Shown: positions 22,201 through 30,903 of the stretch, one piece after another
How the letters are laid out: every line of letters begins with the position of its first letter
Position numbering within the stretch: position 1 is the stretch's first letter
Assembly (NCBI GenBank): GCA_029856125.1
Contig: JAHQWJ010000152.1
Span: forward strand, 1-64,000
Direction of reading: 5' to 3'
Origin: Promethearchaeia archaeon
Lineage (GTDB): Archaea; Asgardarchaeota; Lokiarchaeia; Sigyniarchaeales; SOKP01
DNA: 64,000 nt
The notes under the pieces: model-generated
Databases searched by the model: none
The model's input: the letters and a program-made list of their open reading frames with translations, nothing else
What the model was told of the DNA's origin: nothing
Made by a program: the position numbers and the translations under genes

Positions 22201-23023
22201 TCGAATCGGACTCTAATGGAACATCTCGTTTCAAAACTGTGCTTCGAAACGTCTCAATTAACTGATCATCGGTCAGGGATGATATCTTAAAGTGGTGAAA
22301 GTTTGAAGTAATCCCAGTTTTTAATGCAGTTGTGCTTAGCCGAAGCTCTTTTACTAACTTAGTTAACTTTGATTTATTGATCCCCCCGTTTATTTTATAA
22401 TAGGTGGAAAATAAAATCAAGGTCTCAAAAGTCGAGTTTTTGTCGTAAACTTTACTATTGGTTATCTGAAGCGGTTTGTGGATGACTTGAAATGTATACG
22501 GAGTGCGATTTTTGTGTAATCCTTTGATAAACGTAAGTAGATTTGCTGACACATTTTCGGCCATCACTCCTATTTTTAAAATACTAACGCCGGTAGTTAT
22601 CATATCTCTGCGATTTGTATAATATAACACCGACTTATCATAATCGGTCTGCCAGAATGTAAAATTTTGAAAGGGATTAAACGCTCCAAACTCCAAAAAG
22701 TGGCGAAAATTAAAGAAATTTTTACGAAACACGAGCACAAAACTTACTCCAACTAGTACGATTGCGCTAATTGAGAGCAAAAAATCCACTGTAGCTAGCA
22801 AAAGAGAAGCGAAAAAGACAAATTCAATTACCACTAACGAGATCGATTTTTTGAGCGTGTCGGATCTATCTATATCCTTATAGGAAGGAAACGAGTTCCA
22901 GACGCTATAAAACGGGTCTTCGTCGCTTTTTGTATCGCTTTTTTGCCCATTTGCACTATTTTCTTTTCCTTTCTTATTCTGATTATTAGTTTCGTTTAAA
23001 AATTCTCCATACGATTTTACCAT
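19250..23023 (-). CDS. membrane-anchored VirB4/HerA-like ATPase-fold protein with degenerate Walker motifs
   Basis: Two N-terminal TM pairs; VVFDFTGNW, INPL, TVIIDLS, SASQIRYL..NV.NYINNIVTFR HerA-type motifs; Walker A TNGTNSSRE, Walker B VIPHID. Confidence 0.72.
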   Translation of the reverse strand: MVKSYGEFLNETNNQNKKGKENSANGQKSDTKSDEDPFYSVWNSFPSYKDIDRSDTLKKSISLVVIEFVFFASLLLATVDFLLSISAIVLVGVSFVLVFRKNFFNFRHFLEFGAFNPFQNFTFWQTDYDKSVLYYTNRRDMITTGVSILKIGVMAENVSANLLTFIKGLHKNRTPYTFQVIHKPLQITNSKVYDKNSTFETLILFSTYYKINGGINKSKLTKLVKELRLSTTALKTGITSNFHHFKISSLTDDQLIETFRSTVLKRDVPLESDSKIVTCKTVRPKLSASIAKASYIVALVILLDLSLLFFNLPLIYRFLLNIGIIFFLLIVWWQELFFQLSKGKLFKSKEISVIDPFDNIEFFKSRKTPEIIFYQIEGKSTGGIKMANLYFCSPPPYCNPDKFYESLIKEGMPFTVTFQLGPLNFEKFDEEGFEYLTEIEKFYLLERRKIPVQRENWLKQKAGIWSAIATYSTSVVSNSPSFTYETMDAIERRLVQQFTVLEAAFGNNFMNYMIKPLRNNLLESGLIFETLKNKFFRRNGTHLNYLLFQGKTLGILTTISNLFKKGIETQLAAEFNTPLQLKNEITVGSTINTEYLENEAPAGFLFDQVRNLIVTNGTNSSREFLTQKIVVELVRAGYPSVVFDFTGNWSKIIKIFQGSIYENQFIYHKLGKTIVINPLRSEIPYDKNNPAYLDYMFDAYALCFKKDERTIETFKNTILRNPDIDISTLVLDLTSQRDWEKSSITETLLSFFKEFTPQESSFIQRQQPQTLNSAQAHEFITNDKTVIIDLSEVRDYDKQCFFAFVVLSKMIHYLKIGEEFTPKFIVIPHIDVVFDGFFLDKKIQYGKIDKFFSPLVDKGFGTLTSASQIRYLHPNVFNYINNIVTFRTSDKRDVAVLNGQMNLENLHGVGYYSSRRNEGYQTRYIGAMKQNQAVVKREDIYQSFPVQLDFEELQLAKPLSWKEIVSYMEKQGYDLETTKNKIMKRAQATLFESDFAGYSDLIEGIIKFLNNIQAVDKVGNLYKKKVREELQEVLKPYIVKITKEKQREKDIIDKVFGILVSKQYLTETHPRRASGSESMQTSFAVGPHYQRVLKDYYDSRDSSIITYEPVELESTQLPLEESLNPINLRSALSKNFAPILYYEYFTMHKNLNHKKYEKVIKTARDLFPKFLHSVYKEYYSVNYAITSEDISKFIGNLGKFEGFPFTADDLKQFLTSCEKIEVRDQANVAETCKNAFEMYSTIFDGFRQYIEGDLGGI

Positions 23024-23031
23024 TAATTATT

Positions 23032-23886
23032 TCACCTTTTTCCGTAATACAATTTGTTAATGAAAATTAAAATTACTATTACTCCCACGCAAATGAGGGT
23101 AGTGTTACTGATTGACATCGATAAGACCCCATACATAAACGATTCTACTAAAACTACGACTCCAATCATTGCGAACAATACAATAAGTCCAATTACCAAG
23201 AACTGCCCAATATTTTCTTTAGATTGACGATACGATATGTTATCCTTTAAAGCCCCTGATATCGCGATCTTTCTTGTCGATTTTTGCTCTAATTTGTTTC
23301 GTACAGTTTTTAGATGTAAGATCTTTTCGAAGGCATTTTTATCGAATTTGTGTTCGAGCTGTATCTGGAGCGCTTTTTCCTCGTCTTTGAACCTTTGCAT
23401 TAAGATCGGATTAAGCGTATTTTCGCTTTTTTGCTTTTTAGATTGACCACCTGATAAAAAAGAAAACATCGATACTGTTCGGTTTCGGTTCAACGCTTCT
23501 GAATTAATTTTTTCGTGTAAATTGGGTACTTCCAGCTTCTGAAGCTCGTAATACGCTTCAATTACACCCTTCACCTGCTCAAGATTTATATCTCCCTGTC
23601 GTTTCAAAAATAAAAGCTCTATTTGGGACAATTTCTCTATTAGTTCTGGTTTAAACACCGATACATTGAAGTTAAGGGCAAAAATATTGTTTACGAGTTT
23701 CATGTATTCAAAAATGTTTTCGCCTGACCCTCTCTCTCTCGTTCGTATACCTAATTTGATCCCTATTTCGTCAACTGCGTTGCTTACGAGCACAAAACTT
23801 ACTACCGCTAGCTTTTTATAGTTGCCCGTTTCCTTACAGAGCTGAATCAGTCGCTTTAACTTAACATCAAGCAACCGCTCGCTCAC
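23032..23886 (-). CDS. helical cytoplasmic domain + 2 C-terminal TM protein
   Basis: 4-nt overlap with upstream gene; two hydrophobic helices at the C-terminus. Confidence 0.7.
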   Translation of the reverse strand: MSERLLDVKLKRLIQLCKETGNYKKLAVVSFVLVSNAVDEIGIKLGIRTRERGSGENIFEYMKLVNNIFALNFNVSVFKPELIEKLSQIELLFLKRQGDINLEQVKGVIEAYYELQKLEVPNLHEKINSEALNRNRTVSMFSFLSGGQSKKQKSENTLNPILMQRFKDEEKALQIQLEHKFDKNAFEKILHLKTVRNKLEQKSTRKIAISGALKDNISYRQSKENIGQFLVIGLIVLFAMIGVVVLVESFMYGVLSMSISNTTLICVGVIVILIFINKLYYGKR

Positions 23887-24635
23887 TTTCTCACCCTCGT
23901 AGTTAAAAAATCCTCGTAAATTTGTTCTACCTCGTTCTTAGGCTCAATTTCCCGCTGTAATTTAGTGGACTCAAGTTCCAATTCTTCTTGAGCGATTAAT
24001 TTATCTAAATCAAATTCTTCCTTCGCATTTTCAATATATGATTTTATCACTTCTGCTGGAGTATTCTGCTCCTTTTCGAAAGTACTTATTACCGACTGGT
24101 TGAACAACGCATACGGAAACGTACATCCAAAGGAGAGTACTTGAAGCCAATAGCCAGGACCAATCGAATAGTTAAGCGTGAGTTCTAATTCGTAATCGAA
24201 ATAAACCATAAATGGGTAATAAAGATCGTTTGGTAATAAAAAAAACAAAGGGAACACTAACACGAAAAATCCGATTAGAGTAACTAATGAAATCGTAATA
24301 AAACTAAACCTCTTTACTTTTAACAGGTTATCGCCTTTTTCTACATCGTGAAAAAGCGTTGAATAAGCTGAAAGGAAGATCGCAACGATAAAAACCATCA
24401 CAATGACAACGGGCATAGTAGCGTTTTGTGGTTTGTAAGATTCGTTAAATAAATTCCCTTCTGTAAATGGAGTGCTCCACCCAAACAACGCGTTGTAAAT
24501 CCACGACATAATGGGCTCTCCACTGCTGTTAAGTACGCCTTGGATGTAATACCAATCTAAAAACACCGAAGCGAAGCTAAAGATAAGGCCAATTAAAAAA
24601 ATTATTTTATATCCTGACTTGATATTTATCGACAT
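23883..24635 (-). CDS. 4-TM membrane protein with acidic cytoplasmic tail
   Basis: TM1-DWY-loop-GW, TM2, TM3, IGPGYWL TM4. Confidence 0.75.
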   Translation of the reverse strand: MSINIKSGYKIIFLIGLIFSFASVFLDWYYIQGVLNSSGEPIMSWIYNALFGWSTPFTEGNLFNESYKPQNATMPVVIVMVFIVAIFLSAYSTLFHDVEKGDNLLKVKRFSFITISLVTLIGFFVLVFPLFFLLPNDLYYPFMVYFDYELELTLNYSIGPGYWLQVLSFGCTFPYALFNQSVISTFEKEQNTPAEVIKSYIENAKEEFDLDKLIAQEELELESTKLQREIEPKNEVEQIYEDFLTTRVRK

Positions 24636-24685
24636 GTTACAATAAACTCTTTTCTTTTTTACTTATAGAGCCTAAAATCGACGAG

Positions 24686-24703
24686 AATTTATAAAGAAAA
24701 AAA
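24686..24703 (-). promoter_or_regulatory. T-rich-BRE TATA promoter of the ATPase operon
   Basis: Reverse complement TTTTTTTCTTTATAAATT. Confidence 0.65.
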
Positions 24704-24704
24704 T

Positions 24705-26570
24705 TTAAGGGTCGTCTAAAAAAGACAAGTATTTACTCCCGTATTTTGTTGTTGAATCACTGACAGTTTCAGACTTAAGCTGCTCAGGTTCGAACATATT
24801 TTGGAATTCCGGTTCTTTGTGTTTTACTTCTAAACTGTGTTTTAATGTATTTGTTTCACTTTGCTCAATGGCTCCGAATCTAGCATTTTTCATTAAACAT
24901 TCGTAGCCGAATTGAGTCAACAACTCGTCTGTGAGTTCTTCTTTAAAATCAAGCATATCAATCTCGCTAAATTCGAAGTTTTGCAGGTAGTAAGGAGTTT
25001 CGAATTGAACTGCGAATTTTTTTTTGTTCCGGTAAAAATTGAAATAAAATAGTGTTAGTAAAGATATGTAAATCCCTACGACAGCTAACCCGATGGTGTT
25101 AAGCAAGCGTAGTAAGAAATACCACTCTGCGAAATATATAATAAAGAGCGCTACAGAGTACCCTAAGATCGGAAAGGACGCTACTCTCACTCTAGTGCGA
25201 AGTTTTTCTTCCGAATGTCGATAATCTTTAACTAAATTTGTTTTTTTCGTTCTTTTTTCGATCATTCGATATTTCTTTTCTAAGAACTTAATCAAAGGAG
25301 CTAAATCAGGTTTGGTAATGGCGTGAAGATTAGAACTTCTTTGGTACGGGAAAGAAAGCGTTTTTTCCATGCTTCTGGGAGGATTGTTACAAAGTAAGAT
25401 AGGTTCGATAACGACCTTGTACTGAGTAGATCCAGAAAGAAGAAACAAACTTTTGTTTCCGAACCCTCTCTCTAAAGAAAGTGAAACTTGTAAGTATTTT
25501 TGGAAAAATTGGCGAATATTTTGATTATTAGCTAAATCTTCGTACATCAAATTCGTGGTTTGTAGTAAGTTTTGGCTGATTTGCTCGAGATTGTAAGCTC
25601 CAAGATCGTTTTTTTCCGTGTGTGATTTTAATTCTAGTTTGATTTCGTCAACTAACACCGTTCCTTCTTCGTCGAGCCATTTCACAGGAAAGAGAAACAG
25701 AAACCTAAGGTTATCTGAAGCTTTTACTAACTTACACCCGAGATAATCGAGATCTTTAGTAAATTTATTTAACGATTCTAGCGAACGCGGGATTTCATAA
25801 CATCCAACATCCTTAAACATGCTGCTAATTTGCTGGTTAATACTACTTTCGAAAAATTTTTCTTTGGAATCTTCGAAATCGATAATTTTTGGTTCTGCTG
25901 GTTTATAATCGATCACTTCATCTCCTATTATGTTTTTTTGCTCTGGGTGATCATGTCCAATATGTATTTCAGGAATACTTTCACGTGTAGGTTCTTCTTC
26001 ATATTCAGTTGGGGTTTTCAAATTGTTTTCTTTGTCCCATTCAATGACAAAATGTTCTTCTTCTTCAACATTATCTTTAGGGCTTTTAGTCCGTTTTGAT
26101 ACTGGAGGATAAGATGCCGTTAATCTCGAGTAATTAAACTTATCGGAAAACCATTTTTGATTAGACTGTGAGCGTTCGAAATCTTCATTAACTTCTTTTG
26201 GGGATTCGTCACTGATTTCTTCGATTTCTTCTACAACGACTTCTGCAACTTCGTATTTTTCAATAAGTTCTGATGTTAATTCATCCTCTACTGAAGGGAC
26301 GACTTGTTGAGAACTTTGTGCAATTTCATCTGTTTGAGAACCACTTAAATAAAATCTAGCTGCAGCAATAAACTTTGTAGCTGAAGCTAAACCAATTCCT
26401 GGAGTTTCTGACAACTTTTCGGGCGTCAACTTTGCGATTTGTTGTATCGATACAATTTTTGCGTTGTATAATTTTTCAGCAGTAGTAGCGCCAATACCTT
26501 TAATTTCCGTCAGATCGTCTCTGGAATGTTCACTGACTATATTTTCGTGAGTTCCATATACATCTGTCAT
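24705..26570 (-). CDS. membrane-anchored helix-hairpin-helix DNA-binding protein
   Basis: DLTEIKGIGATTAEKL...ETPGIG tandem HhH, acidic linker, 2 TM near the C-terminus. Confidence 0.75.
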   Translation of the reverse strand: MTDVYGTHENIVSEHSRDDLTEIKGIGATTAEKLYNAKIVSIQQIAKLTPEKLSETPGIGLASATKFIAAARFYLSGSQTDEIAQSSQQVVPSVEDELTSELIEKYEVAEVVVEEIEEISDESPKEVNEDFERSQSNQKWFSDKFNYSRLTASYPPVSKRTKSPKDNVEEEEHFVIEWDKENNLKTPTEYEEEPTRESIPEIHIGHDHPEQKNIIGDEVIDYKPAEPKIIDFEDSKEKFFESSINQQISSMFKDVGCYEIPRSLESLNKFTKDLDYLGCKLVKASDNLRFLFLFPVKWLDEEGTVLVDEIKLELKSHTEKNDLGAYNLEQISQNLLQTTNLMYEDLANNQNIRQFFQKYLQVSLSLERGFGNKSLFLLSGSTQYKVVIEPILLCNNPPRSMEKTLSFPYQRSSNLHAITKPDLAPLIKFLEKKYRMIEKRTKKTNLVKDYRHSEEKLRTRVRVASFPILGYSVALFIIYFAEWYFLLRLLNTIGLAVVGIYISLLTLFYFNFYRNKKKFAVQFETPYYLQNFEFSEIDMLDFKEELTDELLTQFGYECLMKNARFGAIEQSETNTLKHSLEVKHKEPEFQNMFEPEQLKSETVSDSTTKYGSKYLSFLDDP

Positions 26571-26595
26571 AATTTCTTCTAGGAAAATTCTAGCG

Positions 26596-26612
26596 TTTAT
26601 AAAGAAAAAAAA
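26596..26612 (-). promoter_or_regulatory. T-rich-BRE TATA promoter
   Basis: Reverse complement TTTTTTTTCTTTATAAA, about 25 nt from ATG 26570 (leaderless spacing), in a divergent intergenic region. Confidence 0.7.
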
Positions 26613-26711
26613 GTTCTACTAGTTTATTTCAAGATTTTAGAATATAAAAAAAAGTATTTTAAAGGTTATCTCTCGTATCTATCAATTTTCATGTATGAAT
26701 ATAATTCAAAC

Positions 26712-26729
26712 TTTTTTTCCTTTATATTT
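26712..26729 (+). promoter_or_regulatory. T-rich-BRE TATA promoter
   Basis: TTTTTTTCCTTTATATTT upstream of the helicase, divergent intergenic region. Confidence 0.65.
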
Positions 26730-26792
26730 GATCGAGTGTAAAAACTGTTATGGGAATCAATAACACGGCTATTTGCAGAAAAACCACGAGAT

Positions 26793-29318
26793 ATGTCTCT
26801 TACTAATTACACCAACTCTAAAAATCCAACAGATGAAGAAATAAAGGAAGAAGAAATATTTCAATTCATCCAAGACGAGCGGATCCTTCGAGTATTGTTC
26901 GAACAGAAAATCTTTAAGCTCCGGCAAATTCAGAAAGAAGCGATCCAAAAAGGATTGTTCTTTCGAAAGTCATTTTTGGTTTGTGCGCCCTCGGGAAGCG
27001 GGAAAACTTTGATAGGAGAAGTGTCAGCATTAAACAATGTCTTTCAAAAGTTTGGTAAGTCGATCTACTTAGTGCCTTACAAAGCGCTTGCTACCGAAAA
27101 ATATGTTCATTTCAAGAAATTTTACGAGCGATTCGGCATTAAAACCGAGTTATCGATAGGAGATTACGATGTTGACGACTCTCGTTTGGCTAAAGCTGAT
27201 TTAATTGTTACAACATACGAGAAAATGGACTCAATCTTGCGGAACTTTAGCGATAAAGAGTGGATATTCGATATTTCGACTATCATTATAGACGAGATAC
27301 ATATCATCGGCGAGTCAAGTCGTGGACCGAGATTGGAATCGCTTATCGTGAGGTTAATCGAGTTTCTACACCAACCGCAGATAATAGGGCTTTCAGCTAC
27401 CATTAAGAATCCTGAATTCTTTAATTCGTGGCTCTCTTCTCTCGGCAACGATACTACGCTAATAATTTCTGATGCACGACCTGTCCCTTTACACTATAGA
27501 ATAAAAATTACGCAAAATAAAGACTCCACTATCAAAAAACTTGTAAAGGCTACTTTAGAAAACAACGGACAAATATTAGTATTCCTCAACAAAAGAAAAT
27601 CGACTCAGCAGATGGCCCAAAATCTAAAAAATTTGGTTAAAGCACAAATTTCTGAAGTTGAGCTGAAAGCATGCAAGAAAGTGGAAGAAAAGCTCAGTAA
27701 AATTAAAGGAAGGCACGCAATACTTAAAAAAGCTGTTAAATTCGGAGTAGCTTTCCATCACGCAGGGCTCCTTCCAAAGGAGAGAAAACTCGTTGAAGAC
27801 GCTTATCGAAAACGAATAATTAAAATAATCTGTTGTACCACTACTTTAAGTGCGGGTCTTAACATGCCTGCCCGAGTAGTAATAGTGAAAGATTTTAAGC
27901 GGTATGTGACTTCAGGCCACAACATTAAAAACTTTTCTGGCTTTTACGAGAACGGAGACGGATTTTCTTACTTCATGCCGTTTTCAGCCAATACCGTTTT
28001 TCAAATGCTCGGTCGAGCAGGAAGACCAGGGCTTGATTCAGAAGGTTTTGGCTATTTAATTGCTAGCAATATAGACGAACGGGATTGGATCGAAGATCAT
28101 TACTTCCAGAACACTTTACCATCCGAAATTTATACGCCTAAATACAACGATTTAACTTCGGGGCTTAACAAACTTAACACTTTAAAAGAACAAGTGCTTT
28201 TGCGGATTTACGAGGAAAAAACAATAACTTTAGATAAACTAAAAGAGTTCTTCGAAAAAACTTACTTTTGGTATGGCATCAAAAATAAGATGGAACGACA
28301 GCAAATTCCTATAGATCAACTCTTGATGATTAAAGAAATTACCCCGGTTAACATCCTAAAACTTCATTCCGACCCTAAAAAAGTCAATACCTTGTCCAAC
28401 CGCCACCACCAGATTAAGATTACCAAATTAACTAAGTCAAACATATCGGGCTACATTAAAACCGATTTTGGAGTATTTTTTGCGGAGTTTGATATCGATG
28501 TAGGGATACGGTGCTCGTGCGGATTTGAAAACGGGATATCCAACAGCTACTCAGACGATCAATTCTCTTTTGAATTTTGCGACCACATCACTGCGTTTTT
28601 ACTACATTTAATCGGCATCCCCGACCAGAACTTCCAGAAATACGTCCAAGACATTGTTCCTAAGTCGGTAAAGAATCAATATGTGCTTAATTACTTGTTC
28701 GATAAAGGGCTAATCATCAAACAAGACGATGAAACCATAAAATGCTCGCAGTTTGGAAAACTCATCATCCGATTGTATCTTTATCCAGTTTCAGGAGTTT
28801 TAATAAGGTACAAGCTCGAAAATGCTGCAATAGAAACACATCAAGACATCATAAAAGAAGCCTATGAGGTGCTCAAGGCGGAATTAAGGGTCAGAAACTA
28901 CAAACTGCTCCAACCTATCTTGGAATGGTGTGATGAAGAGTCAATTGACGACATTTTGGAGAGACACAAGATAATGGCAGGCGACCTTTACAGCACAAAA
29001 GACAACTTAGAGCGAATTGTAACTTTCATTGGGATTATCGCCGTCCACCTAAGCGAGTCCGATCCAGACATCGCAGAAACCATGGTTAAAGTAGCTGAAA
29101 TGTCAGAAACGCTCAAAATTCGAGTGCATTACGGGATTAGCGAAGAATTATTTGATTTGGTCTTAAGATTAGACAACGTGGCGAGAGCGAGGGCGAGGAT
29201 ATTGTACGACGCAGGATACCATACCGCCACTAAGGTAAAAAAAGAAAATCCTTATGTGCTTAATCGAAAAACTGGATTAGGAATAAATTTGTGTAAAAAA
29301 ATCGTAAGTAAAAAATAA
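26793..29318 (+). CDS. Ski2-like DNA helicase (Hel308/Hjm family) with SWIM-type zinc finger insertion
   Basis: APSGSGKT, DEIH, SAT, FHHAGL, QMLGRAGRPG; CSC-x19-CDH; C-terminal HhH. Confidence 0.88.
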   Translation: MSLTNYTNSKNPTDEEIKEEEIFQFIQDERILRVLFEQKIFKLRQIQKEAIQKGLFFRKSFLVCAPSGSGKTLIGEVSALNNVFQKFGKSIYLVPYKALATEKYVHFKKFYERFGIKTELSIGDYDVDDSRLAKADLIVTTYEKMDSILRNFSDKEWIFDISTIIIDEIHIIGESSRGPRLESLIVRLIEFLHQPQIIGLSATIKNPEFFNSWLSSLGNDTTLIISDARPVPLHYRIKITQNKDSTIKKLVKATLENNGQILVFLNKRKSTQQMAQNLKNLVKAQISEVELKACKKVEEKLSKIKGRHAILKKAVKFGVAFHHAGLLPKERKLVEDAYRKRIIKIICCTTTLSAGLNMPARVVIVKDFKRYVTSGHNIKNFSGFYENGDGFSYFMPFSANTVFQMLGRAGRPGLDSEGFGYLIASNIDERDWIEDHYFQNTLPSEIYTPKYNDLTSGLNKLNTLKEQVLLRIYEEKTITLDKLKEFFEKTYFWYGIKNKMERQQIPIDQLLMIKEITPVNILKLHSDPKKVNTLSNRHHQIKITKLTKSNISGYIKTDFGVFFAEFDIDVGIRCSCGFENGISNSYSDDQFSFEFCDHITAFLLHLIGIPDQNFQKYVQDIVPKSVKNQYVLNYLFDKGLIIKQDDETIKCSQFGKLIIRLYLYPVSGVLIRYKLENAAIETHQDIIKEAYEVLKAELRVRNYKLLQPILEWCDEESIDDILERHKIMAGDLYSTKDNLERIVTFIGIIAVHLSESDPDIAETMVKVAEMSETLKIRVHYGISEELFDLVLRLDNVARARARILYDAGYHTATKVKKENPYVLNRKTGLGINLCKKIVSKK

Positions 29319-29334
29319 ATTTCCTTTATTAGAA

Positions 29335-29350
29335 TTTTTTCCTTTTTAAC
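29335..29350 (+). promoter_or_regulatory. T-rich-BRE TATA promoter
   Basis: TTTTTTCCTTTTTAAC about 25 nt before ATG 29375. Confidence 0.5.
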
Positions 29351-29374
29351 AGTTCAATTTCTAACATCATTATA

Positions 29375-29656
29375 ATGGATTTTGATACCGAAAACGATCT
29401 ATTCGACCTGAACTTCTCAAAAAAAGTAAGGATTAAAGAATTCTTAGTTTTTATGGAATCCGAGGAAGATCAAGACTATTATGTAATTAAAAAGTTCGAA
29501 AATACCAAAGAACAAAACTTAGAAACTCTTGAGATCATTCAAAAAATCATAAAAAGCGACCCGAAGATTAACTCCGACCGGATTAAGGGATATCTAAAGC
29601 GCCAACGCTTGTTCATAAAGCTCTATTTAAAAGAAATAAACAAAGATCAAGGATAG
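29375..29656 (+). CDS. hypothetical protein
   Basis: 93-aa ORF. Confidence 0.65.
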   Translation: MDFDTENDLFDLNFSKKVRIKEFLVFMESEEDQDYYVIKKFENTKEQNLETLEIIQKIIKSDPKINSDRIKGYLKRQRLFIKLYLKEINKDQG

Positions 29657-29657
29657 C

Positions 29658-29680
29658 TTTTTTCTTTAAATACTCAAAAA
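29658..29680 (+). promoter_or_regulatory. T-rich-BRE TATA promoter
   Basis: TTTTTTCTTTAAATACTCAAAAA; the CTTTAAATACTCAAAAA part is identical at 60293. Confidence 0.65.
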
Positions 29681-29707
29681 ACTACAACACATCATTTACT
29701 GATAAAG

Positions 29708-29980
29708 GTGAGTTATGAGAATATGGAAGCTTCTAAAAACGAAAAACACGAGCCAGTTGTTATAAAAATAATGAACTACGAGAACCTCGAGTCGGTGCTA
29801 TCGAAAATTGTAATTCCTTTTTCGGAAGTTATAAGAGATTTTAACATTCCAGATGTGTATGTTGGCTACGAGAAAATTCCGTTTGAGAAACGCGACCCGT
29901 TCTATCAGACTATTATGAGACAGGAGTTTGTGGATGAGATGAGATCATTAAAAAAAGGCATCTCAACAGAAGTTAAATAA
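29708..29980 (+). CDS. microprotein, IPF family
   Basis: KIVIPFSE...DVYVGYEKIPFEKRDPFYQTIMRQEF. Confidence 0.75.
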   Translation: MSYENMEASKNEKHEPVVIKIMNYENLESVLSKIVIPFSEVIRDFNIPDVYVGYEKIPFEKRDPFYQTIMRQEFVDEMRSLKKGISTEVK

Positions 29981-30160
29981 TACATTTCTTGAACATTATT
30001 TCATGGAACTGTTTCTTAAAAATTTTTAAAAAATATAATAATTAAGATTTTAGCTTATTGTTTAAACGTGAGAAAAACTTCAATTTTATTCCAATAGACT
30101 TTATATTAGAATATTTAGGATTTAATTATAGATATATAATTTTATAAAAAGATTTTAATC

Positions 30161-30400
30161 ATGAGTTCTCAAACAGTAGAAAAAAAGGAACCAATTTTTC
30201 CTATTTACGATATATATAGAGAGGACTTCATTAATTTTGATAATATCATAATTCCGTTTTCAGATTTTGGAATTTCTAAAAATCCTTCATATATTTATAA
30301 TGGGAATGAAGATATCAACTTTAAAGAAAGACACCCTTTATATCAAAAACTTTTTTTAGATGAGTTTCCTGTAGAGTTTTGTGAAACTTTTCGTGAATAG
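30161..30400 (+). CDS. microprotein, IPF family
   Basis: NIIIPFSD...YIYNGNEDINFKERHPLYQKLFLDEF. Confidence 0.75.
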   Translation: MSSQTVEKKEPIFPIYDIYREDFINFDNIIIPFSDFGISKNPSYIYNGNEDINFKERHPLYQKLFLDEFPVEFCETFRE

Positions 30401-30900
30401 TAGTAGTCGTCATCGTTCTTGATCAACATTCCACTTTTTTTAGCGTTTCTAATTAAGGTTTTTAACTCTATCGCAGGAATTCCGTAATCTTCAGCCATGA
30501 TGTCGAGTATATACTTCGGAAATCGTTTGTATAACTTTGATAGCTCAAATAACATCTCGGTAAACTTCTCTTTATAGTTAATTATTTGATCCTCGTTTTT
30601 CACCGCTTTAGCTCTACTTTTAGGTAGAGCAACACTACGCGTAGCTACAACAAAATCACTTCCCGAGCGAAATTCAGGTATTGCTAACTCGTTTTGTTTT
30701 CTTTTTACGGTGTTCACGGCTTCCGTCATCCCGTACACTACTTCTCTGTCCTTTAGTATTCCTTGTACTTGGTGTGACCTTCCACACCGTAAGCATTTTT
30801 TAGTTTTCTGACTTGTTTTTACGTAGGAATATTGCTGACATTTTTTACAGGCAAAGATTAAATACGGAGTTTCGTCTTTTTTAATCGCAATGTCTTCCAT
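30343..30900 (-). CDS. DUF1922-like zinc ribbon + winged-helix protein
   Basis: YLIFACKKC...KKCLRCG; C-terminal AEDYGIP..ELKTLI...KKSGML. Confidence 0.7.
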   Translation of the reverse strand: MEDIAIKKDETPYLIFACKKCQQYSYVKTSQKTKKCLRCGRSHQVQGILKDREVVYGMTEAVNTVKRKQNELAIPEFRSGSDFVVATRSVALPKSRAKAVKNEDQIINYKEKFTEMLFELSKLYKRFPKYILDIMAEDYGIPAIELKTLIRNAKKSGMLIKNDDDYYYSRKVSQNSTGNSSKKSF

Positions 30901-30903
30901 TAG

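Noticed and set aside
23500-23886. HEPN RNase toxin domain
   Set aside because: The helical pattern is suggestive but there is no RxxxxH motif
30343-30400. 58-nt convergent overlap as an antisense or toxin-antitoxin system
   Set aside because: More simply a short C-terminal run-on of the minus-strand gene; no TA signature
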